Source: Macrostomum lignano
Taxonomy: Eukaryota
Direction of reading: 5' to 3'
NCBI GenBank assembly: GCA_002269645.1
Contig: NIVC01001853.1
Coordinates: 1 to 64,000 of the forward strand
Length of the DNA stretch: 64,000 bases
Both the position numbers and the translations under genes were made by a program. Positions 40,545 to 54,677 of this stretch are shown here, piece after piece (position 1 is the first letter of the stretch; each line of letters opens with the position of its first letter). The notes beneath the pieces were generated by a model. The model made no database searches. It was given only the letters and a program-made list of their open reading frames with translations, and was not told the DNA's origin.

Positions 40545-42030
40545 ACAGAGAAGAGGAGAGGGGTGAGAAGAGAGGAGACGAGGGAGGGGAAAGGAGAGCG
40601 CAAGCGAGGATAGGAGTGGACAGGGGATCAGAGAAAAGAGGAGAGGAGCAAAGTGGGGAGGAGACGAAAGGATAAGAGGAAAGAGAAGAGAGAATAGAGA
40701 ATAGAGGAGAAGAGAGGAGAGAAGAGGAGCGAAGAGAAGAGAGGAGAGAAGGGATCGGGAGACGAGAATAGAGAAAGAGAGCAGAGGAGACAGGAAAGAA
40801 GAGGAGAGAGCAGAGAGTAGGGGAGAAGAGGAGAGAATAGAGCAGAGAGGAAAGGAGATGAGAACAGAGGAGATGAGAGTAGAAGAGAGAGGAGAGGAGA
40901 TGAGAATAGAGAGCAGAAAAGAGGAGAGAAGAAAAGAGGAGAGGAGAGAAGAGAAGAGGAGAGGAGAGGAGAGAAGAAAAGAGGAGAGGAGAGAAGAAAA
41001 GAGGAGAGGAGAGAAGAAAAGAGGAGAGAAGAGAAGAAAAGAGGAGAGGAGAGGAGAGAAGAGGAGAGGAGAGGAGAGAAAAGAGGAGAGGAGAGAAGAA
41101 AAGAGGAGAGGAGAGGAGAGAAGAGAGGAGCGGAGAGGAGAGAAGAAAAAAGGAGAGGAGAGAAGAAAAGAGGAGAGGAGAGAAGAAAAGAGGAGAGGAG
41201 AGAAGAAAAGAGGAGAGGAGAGAAGAAAAGAGGAGAGAAGAGAAGAAAAGAGGAGAGGAGAGGAGAGAAGAGAGGAGCGGAGAGGAGAGAAGAAAAGAGG
41301 AGAGGAGAGAAGAAAAGAGGAGAGGAGAGAAGAAAAGAGGAGAGGAGAGAAGAAAAGAGGAGAGGAGAGGAGAGAAAAGAGGAGAGGAGAGAAGAAAAGA
41401 GGAGAGGAGAGGAGAGAAGAGAGGAGCGGAGAGGAGAGAAGAAAAAAGGAGAGGAGAGAAGAAAAGAGGAGAGGAGAGAAGAAAAGAGGAGAGGAGAGAA
41501 GAAAAGAGGAGAGGAGAGAAGAAAAGAGGAGAGAAGAGAAGAAAAGAGGAGAGGAGAGGAGAGAAGAGAGGAGCGGAGAGGAGAGAAGAAAAGAGGAGAG
41601 GAGAGAAGAAAAGAGGAGAGGAGAGAAGAAAAGAGGAGAGGAGAGAAGAAAAGAGGAGAGGAGAGAAGAAAAGAGGAGAGGAGAGAAGAAAAGAGGAGAG
41701 GAGAGAAGAAAAGAGGAGAGGAGAGGAGAGAAAAGAGGAGAGGAGAGAAGAAAAGAGGAGAGGAGAGGAGAGAAGAGAGGAGCGGAGAGGAGAGAAGAAA
41801 AGAGGAGAGGAGAGGAGAGAAGAGAGGAGCGGAGAGGAGAGAAGAAAAAAGGAGAGGAGAGAAGAAAAGAGGAGAGGAGAGAAGAAAAGAGGAGAGGAGA
41901 GAAGAAAAGAGGAGAGGAGAGAAGAAAAGAGGAGAGGAGAGAAGAAAAGAGGAGCGGAGAGGAGAGAAAAGAGGAGCGGAGAGGAGAGAAAAGAGGAGCG
42001 GAGAGGAGAGAAAAGAGGAGCGGAGAGGAG
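40545..42030. repeat. Purine-only tract with 20-bp unit GAGGAGAGGAGAGAAGAAAA and higher-order periodicity
   Basis: Direct reading; GAGGAGCGGA variant recurs at intervals. Confidence 0.95.
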
Positions 42031-42859
42031 AAAAGCACCCCAGCGAACAACAGTCTAATTAATGATTTACACTAAAAGCAGGCGCAGCAGAGCCAATTAT
42101 TCAAAAATAAAGTCGCACAGCCCAGGCGTCAGCATGGCCAGTATTACTAGTGGATATACCCCAGTATTAATAAATCTTCATCAAGGTAACTAGCTAGGAC
42201 ACGCTCTCAATTAGTACAGAACTGGAATGGCTCTGCCATGCTGCATACATAAAACTACATAATTACGAGAGCCCAATTGTCAAACCAAGTAGGCAGAATT
42301 GTCAATTTTTAGTAGAGCGAGCGGGTAATTGTACAGCATCAAATGAATCTGTATAGGGACTTTCTGTTTTGCATGAAAACGAAAATTTCCCAGATCAGGA
42401 GTCTGACTGACCCACCTCTGTGTGTTCTGATGAAGCAAATCTGGGTTTCACACACACCCGCGCAAAATGAAAAGGTCACCTGTCTAATGTGCAGCTATAT
42501 TCAAAGACACACTGCAGCTGTAGTTGTAAAAACAATATAAATATCCTAAATTCAGCGAGGATTCTTTATGTATATTATTCTAGCAACTTAAGGGGCAGTC
42601 GTCTGTGCAAGTGACTGTTATAACCCACGCAGATATACAAGGTTCAATCTAGAAGCATATATTCGATTTAATCTGTGCGCTTCTAAAAATTTTGCGGGTC
42701 AACAACTGTTCAAGAAAATCTTTATAGAAGAACAGTATGTGGAAATTCCAGTTTTATCCTTTTGCAGTAGGATCAATTGACCTCATCAGTAACATGCATG
42801 TATGACAATTGGCTGACTTCAATTTATCCTTATCGCCGTTGTTGACCTGATGACCTCAT

Positions 42860-43790
42860 CATCAAACCTAGACGATGACCCATAGCTGACTTCAGTTGAT
42901 CACTATGACCTCATTGACACCTGATGATGACCCATAGTTGACTTCAGATGATCACTATGACCTCATTGACACCTGATGATGACCCATAGTTGACTTCAGT
43001 TGATCACTATGACCTCATTGACACCTGATGATGACCCATAGTTGACTTCAGATGATCACTATGACCTCATTGACACCTGATGATGACCCATAGTTGACTT
43101 CAGATGATCACTATGACCTCATTGACACCTGATGATGACCCATAGTTGACTTCAGATGATCACTATGACCTCATTGACACCTGATGATGACCCATAGTTG
43201 ACTTCAGATGATCACTATGACCTCATTGACACCTGATGATGACCCATAGTTGACTTCAGTTGATCACTATGACCTCATTGACACCTGATGATGACCCATA
43301 GTTGACTTCAGATGATCACTATGACCTCATTGACACCTGATGATGACCCATAGTTGACTTCAGATGATCACTATGACCTCATTGACACCTGATGATGACC
43401 CATAGTTGACTTCAGATGATCACTATGACCTCATTGACACCTGATGATGACCCATAGCTGACTTCAGTTGATCGCTATGACCTCATTGACACCTGATGAT
43501 GACCCATAGTTGACTTCAGTTGATCACTATGACCTCATTGACACCTGATGATGACCCATAGCTGACTTCAGTTGATCACTATGACCTCATTGAAACCTGA
43601 TGATGACCCATACCTGACTTCAGTTGATCGCTATGACCTCATTGACGGCTGATGACCCATACCTGACTTCAGTTGATCGCTATGACCTCATTGACGGCTG
43701 ATGATGACCCATAGCTGACTTCAGTTGATCGCTATGACCTCATTGACACCTGATGATGACCCATAGCTGACTTCAGTTGATCGCTATGAC
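42860..43790. repeat. 52-bp minisatellite GATCACTATGACCTCATTGACACCTGATGATGACCCATAGTTGACTTCAGAT, about 18 copies
   Basis: Period measured from ATCACTAT at 42951 and 43003. Confidence 0.95.
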
Positions 43791-44571
43791 CTCACAGACA
43801 CTTAATATTTGACTTTACAACTCCGACTCGATTCTTAAAAGGGTAACAAAAAAGATTTTGAAAATGACTAAAAACTAGAAAACCAAAAAAAGAAATTTCT
43901 GTCTGCACATAACAATATAGATAAATAAAAGATATAATTGGCAAACCACAGTTGCCATTATGTTTTGAAGGATCATTTCCATTTATTATAGTTGGTAATA
44001 ATTTTAATGAAAAGCCGACAGGCGGTTGAGCCGTATCAAACAATGGGAATTGAACACCGATTTGAAATGAACTTGAGTTGATGAAAAATTTAACTCAACT
44101 CAATTTAACTTCAAGCGCAAGTTTTCGAACTTTTTATTTTATTTCACACCAAAAATAGGAAAAGCAATCAAACTACACTACTAACGCCCGTCAAAAGTAG
44201 GGTAGAAAGTAGGAATTATTATTTTTCTATCTAAAATTAGCAACTTACTTCGTGCAGCTAACGATTTAGAATATGCTATGATGATTGACAGGAGATAACA
44301 TTTACATGCTCTCAACAGCAAACCGAATAACAATTCAAATAGTTTTGCAACAAATCGAGCTGTCTTTGACATCAGAGCCATGATTAATTGAGAAAACTGT
44401 TTTAACATATTAACATAAGTAACTCGATCTTCGATTTTTAAGTGAGAATTTCATTGGAGATTATCAATTCAACTTGATTATCATTAACCCACAAATCGGG
44501 TTCGGGATAACCAATATTGGGGTATTATAATTAGTCATAGGCTGAATTGCAATAGTTGAACTGTTGGGTTG

Positions 44572-45212
44572 AGACAGACAGGCAGACAGACAGACATACA
44601 TACATACATACATACATACAGAAGGACAGACAGACAGACAGACAGACAGACATACATACATACAGACAGACAGTCAGACAGCCAGATAGACAGACAGACA
44701 GATAGACAGACAGACAGACAGACAGCCAGATAGACAGACAGACAGATAGACAGACAGACAGTCAGACAGCCAGATAGACAGACAGACAGATAGACAGACA
44801 GACAGTCAGACAGCCAGATAGACAGACAGACAGATAGACAGACAGACAGACAGACAGCCAGATAGACAGACAGACAGATAGACAGACAGACAGTCAGACA
44901 GCCAGATAGACAGACAGACAGATAGACAGACAGACAGTCAGACAGCCAGATAGACAGACAGACACACATACATACATACAGATAGACAGACAGACATACA
45001 CACATACATACATACATACAGATAGACAGACAGACATACATACATACATACATACATACATACAGACATACATACATACATACATACATACATACAGACA
45101 TACATACAGATAGACAGACATACATACATACAGACATACAGATAGACAGACATACATACATACAGACATACATACATACAGACATACATACATACAGACA
45201 GACAGACAGACA
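44572..45212. repeat. Compound (CAGA)n/(CATA)n microsatellite
   Basis: Direct reading. Confidence 0.96.
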
Positions 45213-45405
45213 AAAGAAATAATCCGTGAATGCAGAATAACCTGATGGAAGAATAATAGTTGAAACAACGAATTTCTAAGTAGTAAGACATAAAAATAAT
45301 TTTACACTTTAATATTAATTGGGATTAACCGAGAAAATATTAAGTCGAGCCAGACAGACAGACAGACAAGCAAGCGCACAGAGAATAATCAATTAATCAA
45401 TTGTC

Positions 45406-48400
45406 TCAAATGCCCAACAAATCGTGAATGCGATGGTCATCCTCAGACAGAGCATGCTGCTGCTGCTGCTGCTGCTGTTGATACTGCGCTCTGTGCCTTA
45501 TCGGCTGCTGTTGGTGCTGCGGCTGCCTGACAACATTGATGCCCATCAGGTCGCGCAGGCGACTCTTCAAGTTGCCTGGCGAATCGGTAGTTGGATTATT
45601 CGTAGGCTCAAGAGAGTCATTATCAATAACCATAGACTCGGGTTCGTTTAGTTCATCCTCCGCATAGGTGTCTAACACCTCTAGCGAGTCCAGTTCGAAC
45701 AGTTGCTGATAGTCTGTGTCTGGCTGGGTGGACACGGTCACAGTGACCGATGGCGTCACAGCGGCACTGGTTGTTGATGCCATTGACGTCGCTTGAGTCG
45801 ACGGCGACTCAGAAGCGACAGGAGCAGCGAACAGAGCCGAGGATCTGCTGCAGCTGCTAGTAGCAGAAATTGGTTCCTCAGCTACTGAGGAAATCTTTGC
45901 ATTGGATTCGTAGAAGTTATTCGACTGAGTCGAGGAAGTGACCTCGTGATCGTGATCGGAGGATGAGGCGGCAGCGGAGGCTGCTGAAGAAGACAATTTC
46001 TGTGGGTTCTGTTGCTTGCTCTGCTGCTGTTGCTGGGCAGTCTGCTGAGACCGCTGCACTTTAACAATGGGCCTGGAGGTGAACATGTCCTGAATAGACG
46101 TGAGCGGCACATCGGACGCATGCGAGCAGGTCTCGCGGTACTTAAGAAATTCCACCTCAGCTCTGAACACTTCTTCTTTTGCAGCCGATTGAAACAGATT
46201 GGCAAATTTTTCAAACAATTTCTGTGCAGCATTTCGAACTTTCTCTGACAGCTTGTATTTGCGGCATTTGCGAACTGTGATGGTGAGATCCGGGTACTTG
46301 GCCAGCATCATCAGTTTGATGTCGAGGCTTTGCATTTCAGTTAGCACCGCCAGACACCGACTGAAGTCCTCTCTGCCGCGTATCAGCGACTGTTTGATAT
46401 CGGAATTCATCATTCTTAATTTGGCTTCCAGTTCCAATTGGCGAATCTTTTCCAACTTTTTCTGTTTGATTTTCTCTTCAAGTTTCTCTTGTTTCAGCTT
46501 CTCTTTGCGCTCTTCAAGGCTTGGCTGGGGAGGCGGGGGCGGAGGAGGTGGAGGCGGAGGTGGCTGCTGCTGAGCCGGTTTGGAAGGCTTCTTCTGTTGT
46601 ACTGAAGGCAACTGTCGATCTTTCGACTTCTTCGCAGCTTCAAAATCGAAGTCTTCATCATCACTATCAGAATCGTCATCCTGATCGCTGAGAGCGAGCT
46701 GTTTCGGAGCTATGTCAGTTCGTTTACTACTGCTACTACTTATATTTGGATTGTTACTAGTAGTAGTAGTAGTACTAGTACTACCAGTAGTAGTATTAAC
46801 ATCTGCTTGCTCTTTATCTTCTTTTAACAGGCGTTTAACATCGAAGCGTTGAGCTGAGGCCCGCATCGGCCGGCCCATCGAGTTGATTCGATTTTTATCC
46901 AACGGAGGCGACAAAGAATTGTCAGTGAGAGAAGAAGACGCCAGCTGTGGAGGAGGCTGCTTTCGCTGCTGCGGTGTAACAACATGCGATCCTGTTGCGA
47001 CTGGTTGTTCTTTCACAGTGTCGCTGCCAGCGTCTGCAGCACGTCGTTTTGCCTGACTGAACTGCGGACTATCCGAGTCCTTGCTATCACTGCTGCTACT
47101 GTTATCATCTTCACTGGTTGACAGCGAGGACACGGAACTAGAAGCAGTTGCATTGTGCTGCTTTTTCTGCTTTTTCAATCCAGATTTTTTTACTGTAGAA
47201 CTTGATTGCTTGCGATGCTCGCTACTGCTGCTGTCGCGTTTTCTTTTTAATGACAGTTTCTGTTGTCGCTTTTTAGGTTCTGATGCTGTTGCTGCTGAAA
47301 CTGACTTTCGTTTGGTTTGCTGCTGTTTTTTTTCTTTGGGCTTGCTTGCGGCAGCTGCTGCTTTAGCTGGTTCCGGCGTCTCTGGCTGAGGCTTTGGTGG
47401 CAGAGTGATTTTTAGTTTTAAACTGCGCAACGGGGCGTCTTCTGAGCTGTCCGATTGAGCTGATGCGTCTGCTGTTTTGCTGCCAACTGTGGAGAGGGGT
47501 AGGGCGGGGGTGGGGGGATCATAAATACGCTCGTATCTCATTAAACTGCAAAGATAGCCGTTTGGAAATCAGTGTATTCTTATGAATGGCTGATTCATTG
47601 TAGGGTGATTTCTTAGAATACTTAAAATACGATTTTTAAGAATTGAAAAAATGGTAATTTGTATGAATGATCAAATGGCAATTCTTTAAAATAATAATAA
47701 TAAGACGATTTCTAAAAAAATATTAAACAGATTTTTTACTAAATAATAAAAGCTAATTCATAATCATAAAAACGATTTAAAGGGCGATTTCTAAGAAACA
47801 TCAGAGGGCAATTTCTAAGAAACACCGGAAAGCAATTTCTAAGAAACATCAGAGGGCAATTTCTAAGAAACATCAGAGGGCAATTTCTAAGAAACATCAG
47901 AGGGCAATTTCTAAGAAAAACCAGAGGGCAATTTCTAAGAAACACCGGAAAGCAATTTCTAAGAAACATCAGAGGACAATTTCTAAGAAACATCAGAGGG
48001 CAATTTCTATGAAAAATCAGAGGACAATTTCTAAGAAATTTTCTTAGACTTGAGAGCAATTTCTAAGAAACACTTGAGAGCAATTTCTAAGAAACACTTG
48101 AGAGCAATTTCTAAGAAACACTTCTTAGAAATAGCGATTGTTATAGATATGATTACTACAGAGCCGGGAGTTAAAAAGCCAAATAAAAACAGATTCAAAT
48201 TAATCAAAGCCTCACCAAACTGAGCAGTCCCTGTAGCAGCATGACTCGCCAAGTTGCGATCAGCTGTGCCAGCCGGGACACCGTCAATCAGGCCGTTGAT
48301 GTGCTCGAACCCCGGCGGTACAACCACAGGCGGGTCAGGAGTGTACGCAGCACTGCCAGCCTCGCCTTCGCTACGTTGGAACTTGTAGAACTGAGCAAGA

Positions 48401-48705
48401 AACGGCTCGGCCTTGGGATCTCGGCCATAGAGCAGGGTGTCCGGGCGTTGGACAATCTCAACCAGGCCCTCATTGTAGTGGGCCGGTCGTTTTGCTGAAC
48501 CAAATTTGGTGCGAAATTTGTCGAATGGAAAAATCTCTTTCCGAGGCAGAAAGTAGACTTCGTGAGTGCCGTAGAAGAAAATGGGATATTTTCCCGATGG
48601 GATTTTAACTCCGGGTGGCAAGGGATTAATGCGGCAAGGCCAGTGTGGATAGCCTTTGACTTTGGCAAATATTTTGTCACCTGGATTCAGCGCTTCCTTG
48701 GGCAT
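45406..48705 (-). CDS. PSIP1: PWWP-domain chromatin reader with LEDGF-type integrase-binding domain (PSIP1/LEDGF-HDGFL2 family); exon 48705-48216 and large exon about 47545-45406
   Basis: PGDKIFAKVKGYPHWP..KYPIFFYGTHE..FPF is a HATH/PWWP domain; LEAKLRMMNSDIKQSL..SRCLAVLTEMQSL..TVRKCRKYK..AQKLFEKFANLF matches the LEDGF IBD; low-complexity S/K/Q/P linker. The donor at 48215 (phase 1) and acceptor at 47546 (needs phase 2) differ by 1 nt, implying a missed mini-exon or an indel error. Confidence 0.88.
47770..48130. repeat. Intronic 22-24-bp minisatellite GCAATTTCTAAGAAACATCAGAGG
   Basis: About 15 units, most with the TTCTAAGAA quasi-palindrome. Confidence 0.9.
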
Positions 48706-48741
48706 TGCCGCATGAATTGAAAATTGAAAGAAATTGTTTTA

Positions 48742-48910
48742 GTACTTAGTAGTTAGAGCGTCTGACTCACGACTTGAAGGTCGGAGGTTCGATTCCTTCA
48801 GCATTCAGCAAAAAAACACTTAACTCTGCATTGCTTCAGTTCACCAAGCTGTAAAATGGGGTGCCAGCATTAGCTGGGGTAATTGAGGGTGTGTGGCGAC
48901 CTCCCCCCCC
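48742..48910 (+). mobile_element. tRNA-derived SINE with a CORE/Meta-like central domain, just upstream of the PWWP gene ATG
   Basis: TAGTAGTTAGAGCGTCTGACTC..GGTTCGATTCC (B box), then CACTTAACTCTGCATTGCTTCAGTTCACCAAGCTGTAAAATGGGG, resembling conserved SINE central domains. Confidence 0.7.
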
Positions 48911-51002
48911 CCCTAGTTCTATGACTGAACAGCCGTACCCAGCCTTCAGATGTGCCGCATTATGATTATGAATATGAATATTATTAATGGGGAATGGTCT
49001 GAAATCCTGTGGCTCATAGGGGATCTGATATCTTAGACTAAGATAGCTGATTTTCAGGGAGGATGCTCTTTAAATTTAATATCAAATGCTCTAAATAGTG
49101 GCTGTAGAAAGTTAGAACCTACAGGTAGTTTATCCATTTCTTAATTTCTTTCTTTGTTGTTTCCCATCTGACTCTCACACCACAGCCCCTGGTTCGATTC
49201 TGTGCGAGGTCTCAACAATCTGGAATTGTGCCCCTGCAATTCACACTCACAAGGGCCAAATCCTAAACCATGAGTGTGTTCCACTGTCTATGATATCACA
49301 GCCCTACTGCAAATATTTTATTTATAATCTTATAATATAAGACTTGTGGTATTAAATATTGAGTTTAATAAAGCATCAATCTCTGATAGTAACTGAAAAC
49401 TTAAGATTTTCGAAAATTTTGTGCTTCTAAGATGTAGTTAATAAGAGATTCAATTGTTTTTCACAATATATTTTAGGTTTTGAACTTGTTAAATTCTAAT
49501 CTTGTTAAACAACTTCATCATACTTGTACAACTCAAGAAAGTAAAGTGTGTTTGAATTTTGTTTTATCACTCATTAAATAAGATGCCCAATATTTAATAA
49601 ATATTGGCAATTTCACTTAAAGATAAGGCTAAGTTGTACTGAAACAAAAATAAATTCATACATTATTGATTGCTATATTTTATGCTAGTATATAGAATTT
49701 TAGCTGAATATCTTGCTATTTGTACATAATCTACTTAACTGAAATGGAAAAAATCTATTTAAAGCAATTTATATTTCTAATATATTTATGCATTTGAAAG
49801 TTAGTGAATGATTTCATAGGTGATAAATGATTTCCCTTTATATGATATTGTTACTCAGTAAATTAAATCATTTGGCAAGGGAAGCATACTTAATACTTAA
49901 TGTTTTATGGTTAATGTGGCCAATGGATATATTTATAGTAAAACTATACTTTATGGTAAATGCAAGAATAAGCTAAAGATTCCATTTTAATTTTAAGATA
50001 TGTATTCAATAGCTGCTCTTTTCAATAGACTCAATTGACTTTAGAATGGCTAATAGGTATCTTATAGACTAGGATTATATCCTTTTTTGAACTAGCTAGT
50101 GAGCTATATGACAATTGGTCTATAGTTAAATGGCTAGCTAAATATTGCTGCTTTACAACTAGCATGCATGTCTATCAAACTGGCAATGCAATGTCAATGT
50201 CAAACTGGCTATCAATATTATGTCTATACTCAGGTATATAAAGATTGTTATGCATATGCTTCAATTTGGATGGACTCTCTTTTTTCTTATTATATACTAG
50301 AAATAATACTACAAAAAATTAAAAATACCAGATTTTAACCAAGGTTACAAGCTTATAATTAGCCCTAGATTCATGTTATTGTAAACTATCATTTGAATTT
50401 TATGGATCACAAAGACCTATCTATTTAATACCAATTTGATTAAAAGGATATAGGTCTATTGAAAAGTTTGTTTCTATACCATCTATTGAAGGAATGCTAC
50501 ACTTTTAACTTTTATCTAGATGGGTTTTTGTAAAAAAAGTATTTATGTAATGCATTTGGGAACTTTCTATACTAGTTAGCTACTATTATATAAAAAATTA
50601 AACTACATTAAACTACTGGTATACTACTAATAAACTACTAATATATATTAGTATCAGGATTGTGCACAGTTACTAGTTAGATTGGTGACAATACATTTTA
50701 GTGACAAGTTAAGATACTTTAATGACAAGTTCAGATGCTTCAGAGTCAAATTTTGTGTAGTTGTTGATAGCCTTAATCAAATCAGTTGATATCACTGCTT
50801 GTATATACAATTGTTTGAAGGAAATTTTCTAACTTTATACTTGAAAAACTTAAAAATTTTTAATTTAAAATTATTATCTAAATGTATACTAGTGTATGCT
50901 AGTGTATAATGTATACTAAAGACTTTTGTTCTTTATTATAAGCAACATAATCCAATTTAATACAACATATAAATTTACAAATACTATATATAAATGCACA
51001 AA

Positions 51003-51301
51003 TATACATATGCAACAGTTGGCCAAGTCAGCCAATCTGGCTGACCACTTTGGCGGCCAACCAAGGTAAGTTGCAAAAATGCCCCCCACTAGAAGGAATA
51101 CAGATATAGTACTAATTAGATGATAAGGCATTTAGCCTTAATAGGACAGTAATAGTTACTCCTGCCATTTACCCAAAATTACATTAATTTTGCTTTAGTT
51201 TCTTTTAGAGGTAAGTTGCATTTTTGGCCAAAAACTATGTTGCATTTTTTGTTAAAACTAAGTTGCATGGCCGACCGAATTTTGGAGGTTGTGCATGTAT
51301 A
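51003..51301 (+). mobile_element. MITE family copy 1 (about 290 bp)
   Basis: Imperfect TIRs TATACATATGCAAC / GTTGTGCATGTATA; internal GGCCAACCAAGGTAAGTTGCA..AGGCATTTAGCC..GTTACTCCTGC shared with copies 2 and 3. Confidence 0.65.
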
Positions 51302-53406
51302 TGCACAAATACAATTATAAATAGTTTTAGTCACCACATTATTTTAACAAAGCATCTATACATGTATATGTACATAATATTCAGTACAATGTAGTAATAT
51401 ACATAGTCAAAAATTTACCAATTTAAATTAATTTAAGAAAAACAAAACAAACCATGAGAAATACTTTTAAATAAAAAGCTATATGTTAGCTAAAGAAAGA
51501 AATATGTTAGCTAAAAGGCAAATTGCACTTGCTCAAAGAAATCTTATAATTATATACAATTTATGATGATGTCATTGATTCAAGTAAGGCATCAACAAGT
51601 ATAAACTTGTTATCAAAATACAATATCTAAACCCATCACTAAAATGGCATACATTACTTGAAAAGTTGAAAAAAATTTCACTTTAATATATCTATCTATT
51701 TTTTCGGAACTTGTCTTTTTGCTTAACATCTACATGATAGGTAGGGCTTAGCATCACCCTTGTTGCCAATGGCTATCCTGAAATTTGGACATAGACTATT
51801 GGATAGTCCTTTAAGTTACTGCTGTAGCACCCCCTTTCCCACCATAGTTTCTCTCTGTTGCATTTCTTTAGTTTATCTGCACTTGTTTCTGTTTACTCTT
51901 TTCTCTTTTTTGGTCTAGTTCAATCTTATTATTTGTATCTATTTCCCTCTCTGCTTTCTGATTGGCTTTTCAACCGTGCCTTTTTTAGTTGCAATTTCCA
52001 GCCTCTCATTCTATTATATTTCCCTCCCACTAGTATAATTTATTTTAAATATATTTATAATGAATATAATGAATACACAGACATATATAGACTAATAACA
52101 ACTTGCTGGAGTTGCTAGATAGAATTGAATACAAGTTTATGGGGGAAGAAGGCAAAGAAGAAAGCATGCAGACAGAAGAAGTTGGTGATATACTAGATTG
52201 GCAGTTGGTTCTGGCTGGAACGGATGCTGTGTTGGATGAAGCCGAGTTTCTGGGAACATCAGAGGTTTGCCCAAATTGGAGGTCTCTAGCCTCAGCTAAT
52301 GGAAACAAAAAGGAGTTTCTTGGTCTATCTCACTGATGGAATTATTGCAAGCTTAAAGACCTAGACAAATTGTAGAGCCTGGAAGATATTCAAAGAATGC
52401 ACTGATGGAGAGCAGTTGCCAAAGCTGGTAAAGAACTAGAAAGATTGTACAGATAATAAAATAGGGAAGCTATTTGAGATTATTCTATTGATGGACTTGG
52501 ACAAAAAGCCAGAGATCAGCAGCTAGTGGATCCAAGACCCTGTTTTCTATTTCTCCTTTCTGTCTATTCCCTATGCCCTCTTGAGAGATAGATTCAAGTA
52601 GCTACTTTCTTGCCTTTGTTTCTACAACTGCACAATGTCTAGGATGGGCCCTTGGCCAAAATCTAGCCATTTCTACACTAGCTGCAGCAGGTTTATAACA
52701 ACAACTATGTCACATCAGCATATTTCCATGGATAAAACACTTGTCCTATACAAGGGGCATCTGCTATTCAAGCAGGTGTGATATCAAGCTATACTGCCTG
52801 TTGAGTTGGAGACTGGCTACTTGTGGAATTCTGCAGTTTATTCCACGGAGCATATGACTGCATAGTTTGGACTAGGACTCAAGTGTGGCAGCCTCTTTGT
52901 TAGTGAATAAACTATGGCCAAACTGTGCTGCAAACTCTTACACATGAATTACCATGTGTTCATAGACAGGCTCTGGTTCATGGAACTTGGCTTACTAGTA
53001 TCATGTATAGCAATCTAGGCAACTGCAATTGCAACCAACTATGGCAACTTTTGCAAGGAACCCAAATTTTTCAGTCATATAATACATGTTCTAGAGTATG
53101 GACTTAGCTCAACAAAAACCTATCTAGGTTTGTCTAGGTTTTAATTTAGTCTATATAATATATTTGATAATATGTTACAAAATACTACATTTGATATAGC
53201 ACTTTGATTAGCCTAAATAAAGGCATGTATATCATATCACATATAAAGCTCACAAATTTTAGGACAATTTATTGGTCTCTACTAGTTGCATTTTACTAAG
53301 TTTTAGGTTTAGGATTTAGAAAACTGCCGATAGCCATGTCTCACAAATGCTGTCAGTATTCAATTAATCTGGCAATAGGACAATCTAATAACAGATTATC
53401 TGGCAA

Positions 53407-53677
53407 CATACATGTGCAACAGTTGGCCAAGTTGGCCAATCTGGCCAACTGATTTGGCAGCCAACCAAGGTAAAATTGCATAATGCCTACCCCAAAAACA
53501 GACATAATACTAACTAGATGACAAGGCATTTAGCCCTCTTAAGACAATTATAGTTACTCCTGCTATTTACCCATAATTGTGTTATTTTGCTTTAAGGTTT
53601 CTTTTGCAGGTAAGTCACATTTTTGGTCAAAAAGTAAGTTGTATGGCCAGTGTAAATCAGTGGGGTTGGCATGTATA
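53407..53677 (+). mobile_element. MITE family copy 2
   Basis: CATACATGTGCAACAGTTGGCCAAG..CAACCAAGGTAA..AGGCATTTAGCC..GTTACTCCTGC..GGTTGGCATGTATA, colinear with copy 1. Confidence 0.65.
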
Positions 53678-54423
53678 AGGCCTACAATTTATTAGAAAGG
53701 CAGTCGTTATTTGTCTGGTGAGAAAATTGCTAACACAAGTAATCTATTTGCTTCATGATGAATATTCTATATTTTTAAGACCTTTTCTCATATACCAGGT
53801 TGCAGATAATATGCATGTACGCTGGAACTTTTCCAGCATACAAAATGGCCACCTAAGTCTTTGGCATACATAATCAACATACACAACCCCTGGCAAACTT
53901 TGTTGGTGTACACTATTGGCGTACACAATTAACACAGCCATGCATACTTTTTTGGCGTACATATTTTGGTAAATAAATTCATGCCATGCATGAAAATTGT
54001 AATGTAAATTAACGTTTTTATGTAAAGTAATAGATTTGTATCGTCAGTGATAAAATTTTTGCTTTTTTGAAATTAACAATAAATAAAATTAGTATAAATT
54101 TTTGCTAAGAGTATCAATTTTGCATCATAGTTTTTGTAGGTATAATTTAAGTTTGTGTAAATTTAAAATATTTGTATTTGTAATATTTTAAAAACACTTT
54201 TTATACAAAGCCTTTCTTAGAAAACTCTACTTGTGAAAACCATATTACCTTTTAGGAATTTTTGGTGTATATTTTTATGTAACATTTTGTTTTTAGCGTA
54301 CTTGACGTACAAAGTCCTTGATGCCCAAATTTGGTCTGGCGTACACGGATACATGATCCTCACATTGGCTCATATGTCATATACTGATTAATATTTTCTT
54401 GTATACTAGTGTAAGCATAGGCC

Positions 54424-54677
54424 TATATGCACAACCTCCAAAATTTGGTCGGCTATGTGACTTAGCTTTAACAAAAAGGTGACTTACATGTAAAAAAACC
54501 CAAAAGCAAAACTAATGCAACTTTTGGTAAATGGCAGGAGTAACTGTGACTGTCTTATAAAGCAAAAATGCCTCATCAGCTACTTAGTACTACTACTTGG
54601 TTTTTTTGGGTGGGCATTTTTGCAACTTACTTGGTTGGCCGCCAAATTGGTCAACTAGATACTGTTATGCATGTATG
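54424..54677 (-). mobile_element. MITE family copy 3 (inverted)
   Basis: TATATGCACAACCTCCAAAATTTGGTCGGC..GGCAGGAGTAAC..TTGCAACTTACTTGGTTGGCCGCC is the reverse complement of copy 1 blocks. Confidence 0.65.

Noticed and set aside
40461-42075. 405-aa E/R/K-rich coiled-coil-like ORF and 529-aa antisense ORF
   Set aside because: A purine-only repeat cannot contain stop codons; no unique flanking coding sequence.
42860-43790. 52-bp array containing CTGATGA, considered as a hammerhead array, C/D snoRNA cluster or CRISPR
   Set aside because: No GAAA core half or helices in the unit, no box C/D terminal stem, and units are contiguous without unique spacers.
45406-48705. Functional link between the LEDGF-like integrase-binding gene and the nearby Gypsy/Ginger integrases
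   Set aside because: TE density is high throughout the window; proximity gives no evidence of interaction.
52045-52520. Purine-rich coding-like stretch, possible old retroelement
   Set aside because: Many stops and no recognisable motif; cannot be assigned.
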